From Macrostomum lignano (lineage: Eukaryota), in contig NIVC01000672.1 in the NCBI GenBank assembly GCA_002269645.1, positions 372,001-436,000 of the forward strand: a stretch of 64,000 nucleotides of DNA, given 5' to 3'. Both the position numbers and the translations under genes were made by a program. This document shows, in pieces, positions 62,401 to 64,000 of this stretch. Each line of letters opens with the position of its first letter. Position 1 is the stretch's first letter. The notes below the pieces were generated by a model. The model made no database searches, was not told the origin of the DNA, and was given only the letters and a program-made list of their open reading frames with translations.

Positions 62401-63973
62401 CCTCCGTCCATAGCGACGCGTCGGCCGTTCAGGGACTAGCGGAATGGGCGCCCGCGCCTTCCCGCTGTGTCCCCTCCGGGACAGCCCTGCAGCTAAGTCA
62501 AGTAAGTCAAGCCGTTGAAAAGCCGTTCTTGACGATGCTGTTGATGGGGCAGATCATTGAAGCCACATCCGTTTTCCCGGCACCGAAGTAAATTGCTGAG
62601 CACAGAGCGAGCACGAAGCGGCTACCCAGGGGGGAACAACCATCAGCAGGGGTTGATTCAGATCTGACTATGATCAGACCGCTTTGTTTGTGAAAGTGCA
62701 AGGCATTAGTTGTACCTTCAGACCCTAAATCAGTAACTTCTCCTGTAGTTCGATTATTTAATATGTTTCCAGCTTCACCAGAAGCATTGAAGCGTTTTCG
62801 CAGATGAACAACAACCAGCCTGTGCGCGTTAGAAAAACAACCTTCTTTGCTAATTTTAGTCAGCAGGTCGTTAACTGCTTTTTTTTCGGTCTCTTCCGCC
62901 AGGATTACTACCACATAGGAGGCACCGAATTCCTCTGACGGCTTGATGTCATATTTATCAAAATATTTCACGGATTTAGTTTCGCACTGGTCAGGTGATT
63001 TGTATTTGGCGTGCTCAAGTGCATCTTGCAGATTTGCAACGTCCATCCTTGCACTTCTGCCCAAATCAGATGTGTCTTCGTGTAGCGTTTTGCTCACAAG
63101 AATGAGAGCGCGATTCTTGTGCTCTTCGTAATTATTGTAGATTTCTGGGATTTTTTCTTTCAGACGATTCCTCGAAAACTTAAACCCGGGTTCGCCGGTA
63201 ATATAGTAGAATTGTTCCGTTTTAGAGCTGTTATTAAAATTTCCAACTGCGTCTTTCAGATTTTCGTTTTTATCTAACATGTCTTTGATCGCTTTCAGCT
63301 CACTTCCATCTGTGTCTTCTTTGCCTGCTTGACATAGGAAATTCACTTTTGTTAATTTTTGTTTATCCTTTTCGTCACGCAGCTTCTCTCTCAGCTTCTT
63401 GCTTCCACAAACAATCAGAAGTCTTTCCGACTGATCACTTCCGCAACTATCGAATGCCTCGAATAGATTCTTCAGTCCATCATTGAGTTTACTACTGCTA
63501 GAATGCACTACAAGAACTGCTTGCTTGAGTGCTTTGGTAGCTTCGACCACTTCCTTACATTTACCAATGTCACCAGTTTCCTCCAACTGAAAATTGCAGT
63601 CCCTCAGGTACTGTTTGAACTTCTCACAGTTTATCTGGTCGATATTAAATAAGAATGCCTTCCTGTCTGAAATGCAGTTCAAATAGAGCAGTTGCGTTAA
63701 AAAGTTTGCGTTTGGGGCTGATATCAGAGCAGTAACGCATCCGGTTCTGCACAAAACACCATCGCCCAATCATTCAAGCGGATTCTCACCTGTTGAAGTT
63801 GTGCTGCTTTGTCTGCAATCCGTTACTGCAAATCAGATTGTTGAATTGGTTGTTAGAATTGGATAGAGGCCAGGACTGGCTGATAGAGAGTTGGGTTGAA
63901 GCGTACGTAGCTCCTCAGTAGGGTCATCAGTGATGGACTGTATTATGCATCCATGCTGATGAAAAGCCATCAT
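56474..63973 (-). pseudogene. Pseudocaspase type B, copy 3 (B3), split by the LINE
   Basis: Exons 63907-63973, 63790-63825 and 63666 down to about 62509, resuming at about 56613-56474. Removing the LINE and one TSD restores KNGFSTAYQNFEEQSKKDIKVPLPYWIVQTTDKFF. Confidence 0.88.
56614..62508 (+). mobile_element. Full-length non-LTR retrotransposon (LOA/R1-like): ORF1 + APE-RT-RNase H-CCHC ORF2
   Basis: TSD AAGCCGTTGAAAAGC at 56599-56613 and 62509-62523; tail TAAGTCAAG. APE (QINLQH, IQEPW, GGDLNAHH, SDH); RT (PGPDG, FRPISL, LDIVGAFD, GPQGGVL, YADD); RNase H (YTDGSK, E, SDSQAAL, WVPGH..GNELAD); CxxC..H..C. Single-base frameshifts at about 58535, 59040 and 59838. Confidence 0.93.
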
Positions 63974-64000
63974 CAAGCTATTCGTCTCCATAGGCAGAGA

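Larger units (their letters stand above)
46809..64000 (+). other. Segmental duplicate of about 12789-22280 (DSTYK 3' part, repeats, A and B genes), expanded by the LINE insertion
   Basis: Collinear order of the same exons, minisatellites and intergenic blocks; homology starts inside DSTYK intron 7. Confidence 0.92.

Overview
Eukaryotic, invertebrate metazoan DNA. GC-rich exons and minisatellite-filled introns suggest the flatworm Macrostomum lignano, but that is inference only. (1) A complete 9-exon DSTYK/Dusty (RIPK5) kinase gene on + (6166-14653, about 918 aa) appears to have two alternative versions of exon 7, and six of its eight introns (3-8) each carry a different minisatellite. (2) A minus-strand cluster of seven divergent caspase-fold genes falls into four types. 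Types A (two copies) and C have an intact His/Cys dyad in the C-terminal caspase domain; types B (three copies) and D are pseudocaspases. All four types carry an extra N-terminal alpha/beta domain instead of a CARD/DED, and a B pseudocaspase always lies directly upstream of a partner gene. (3) A segmental duplication (about 12790-22280 vs about 46810-64000) copied the DSTYK 3' end plus an A+B pair; the caspase exons have diverged far more than the flanking non-coding DNA. (4) Mobile elements: an intact Ngaro-type tyrosine-recombinase retrotransposon (29375-33699) with gag and pol in frame across a single TGA; a full-length LOA/R1-like LINE with RNase H inserted into pseudocaspase B3 (15-bp TSD); a 5'-truncated fragment of the same LINE; and an RTE-like 3' fragment. 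All gene models were derived by eye from splice signals and reading frame; no database searches were run.
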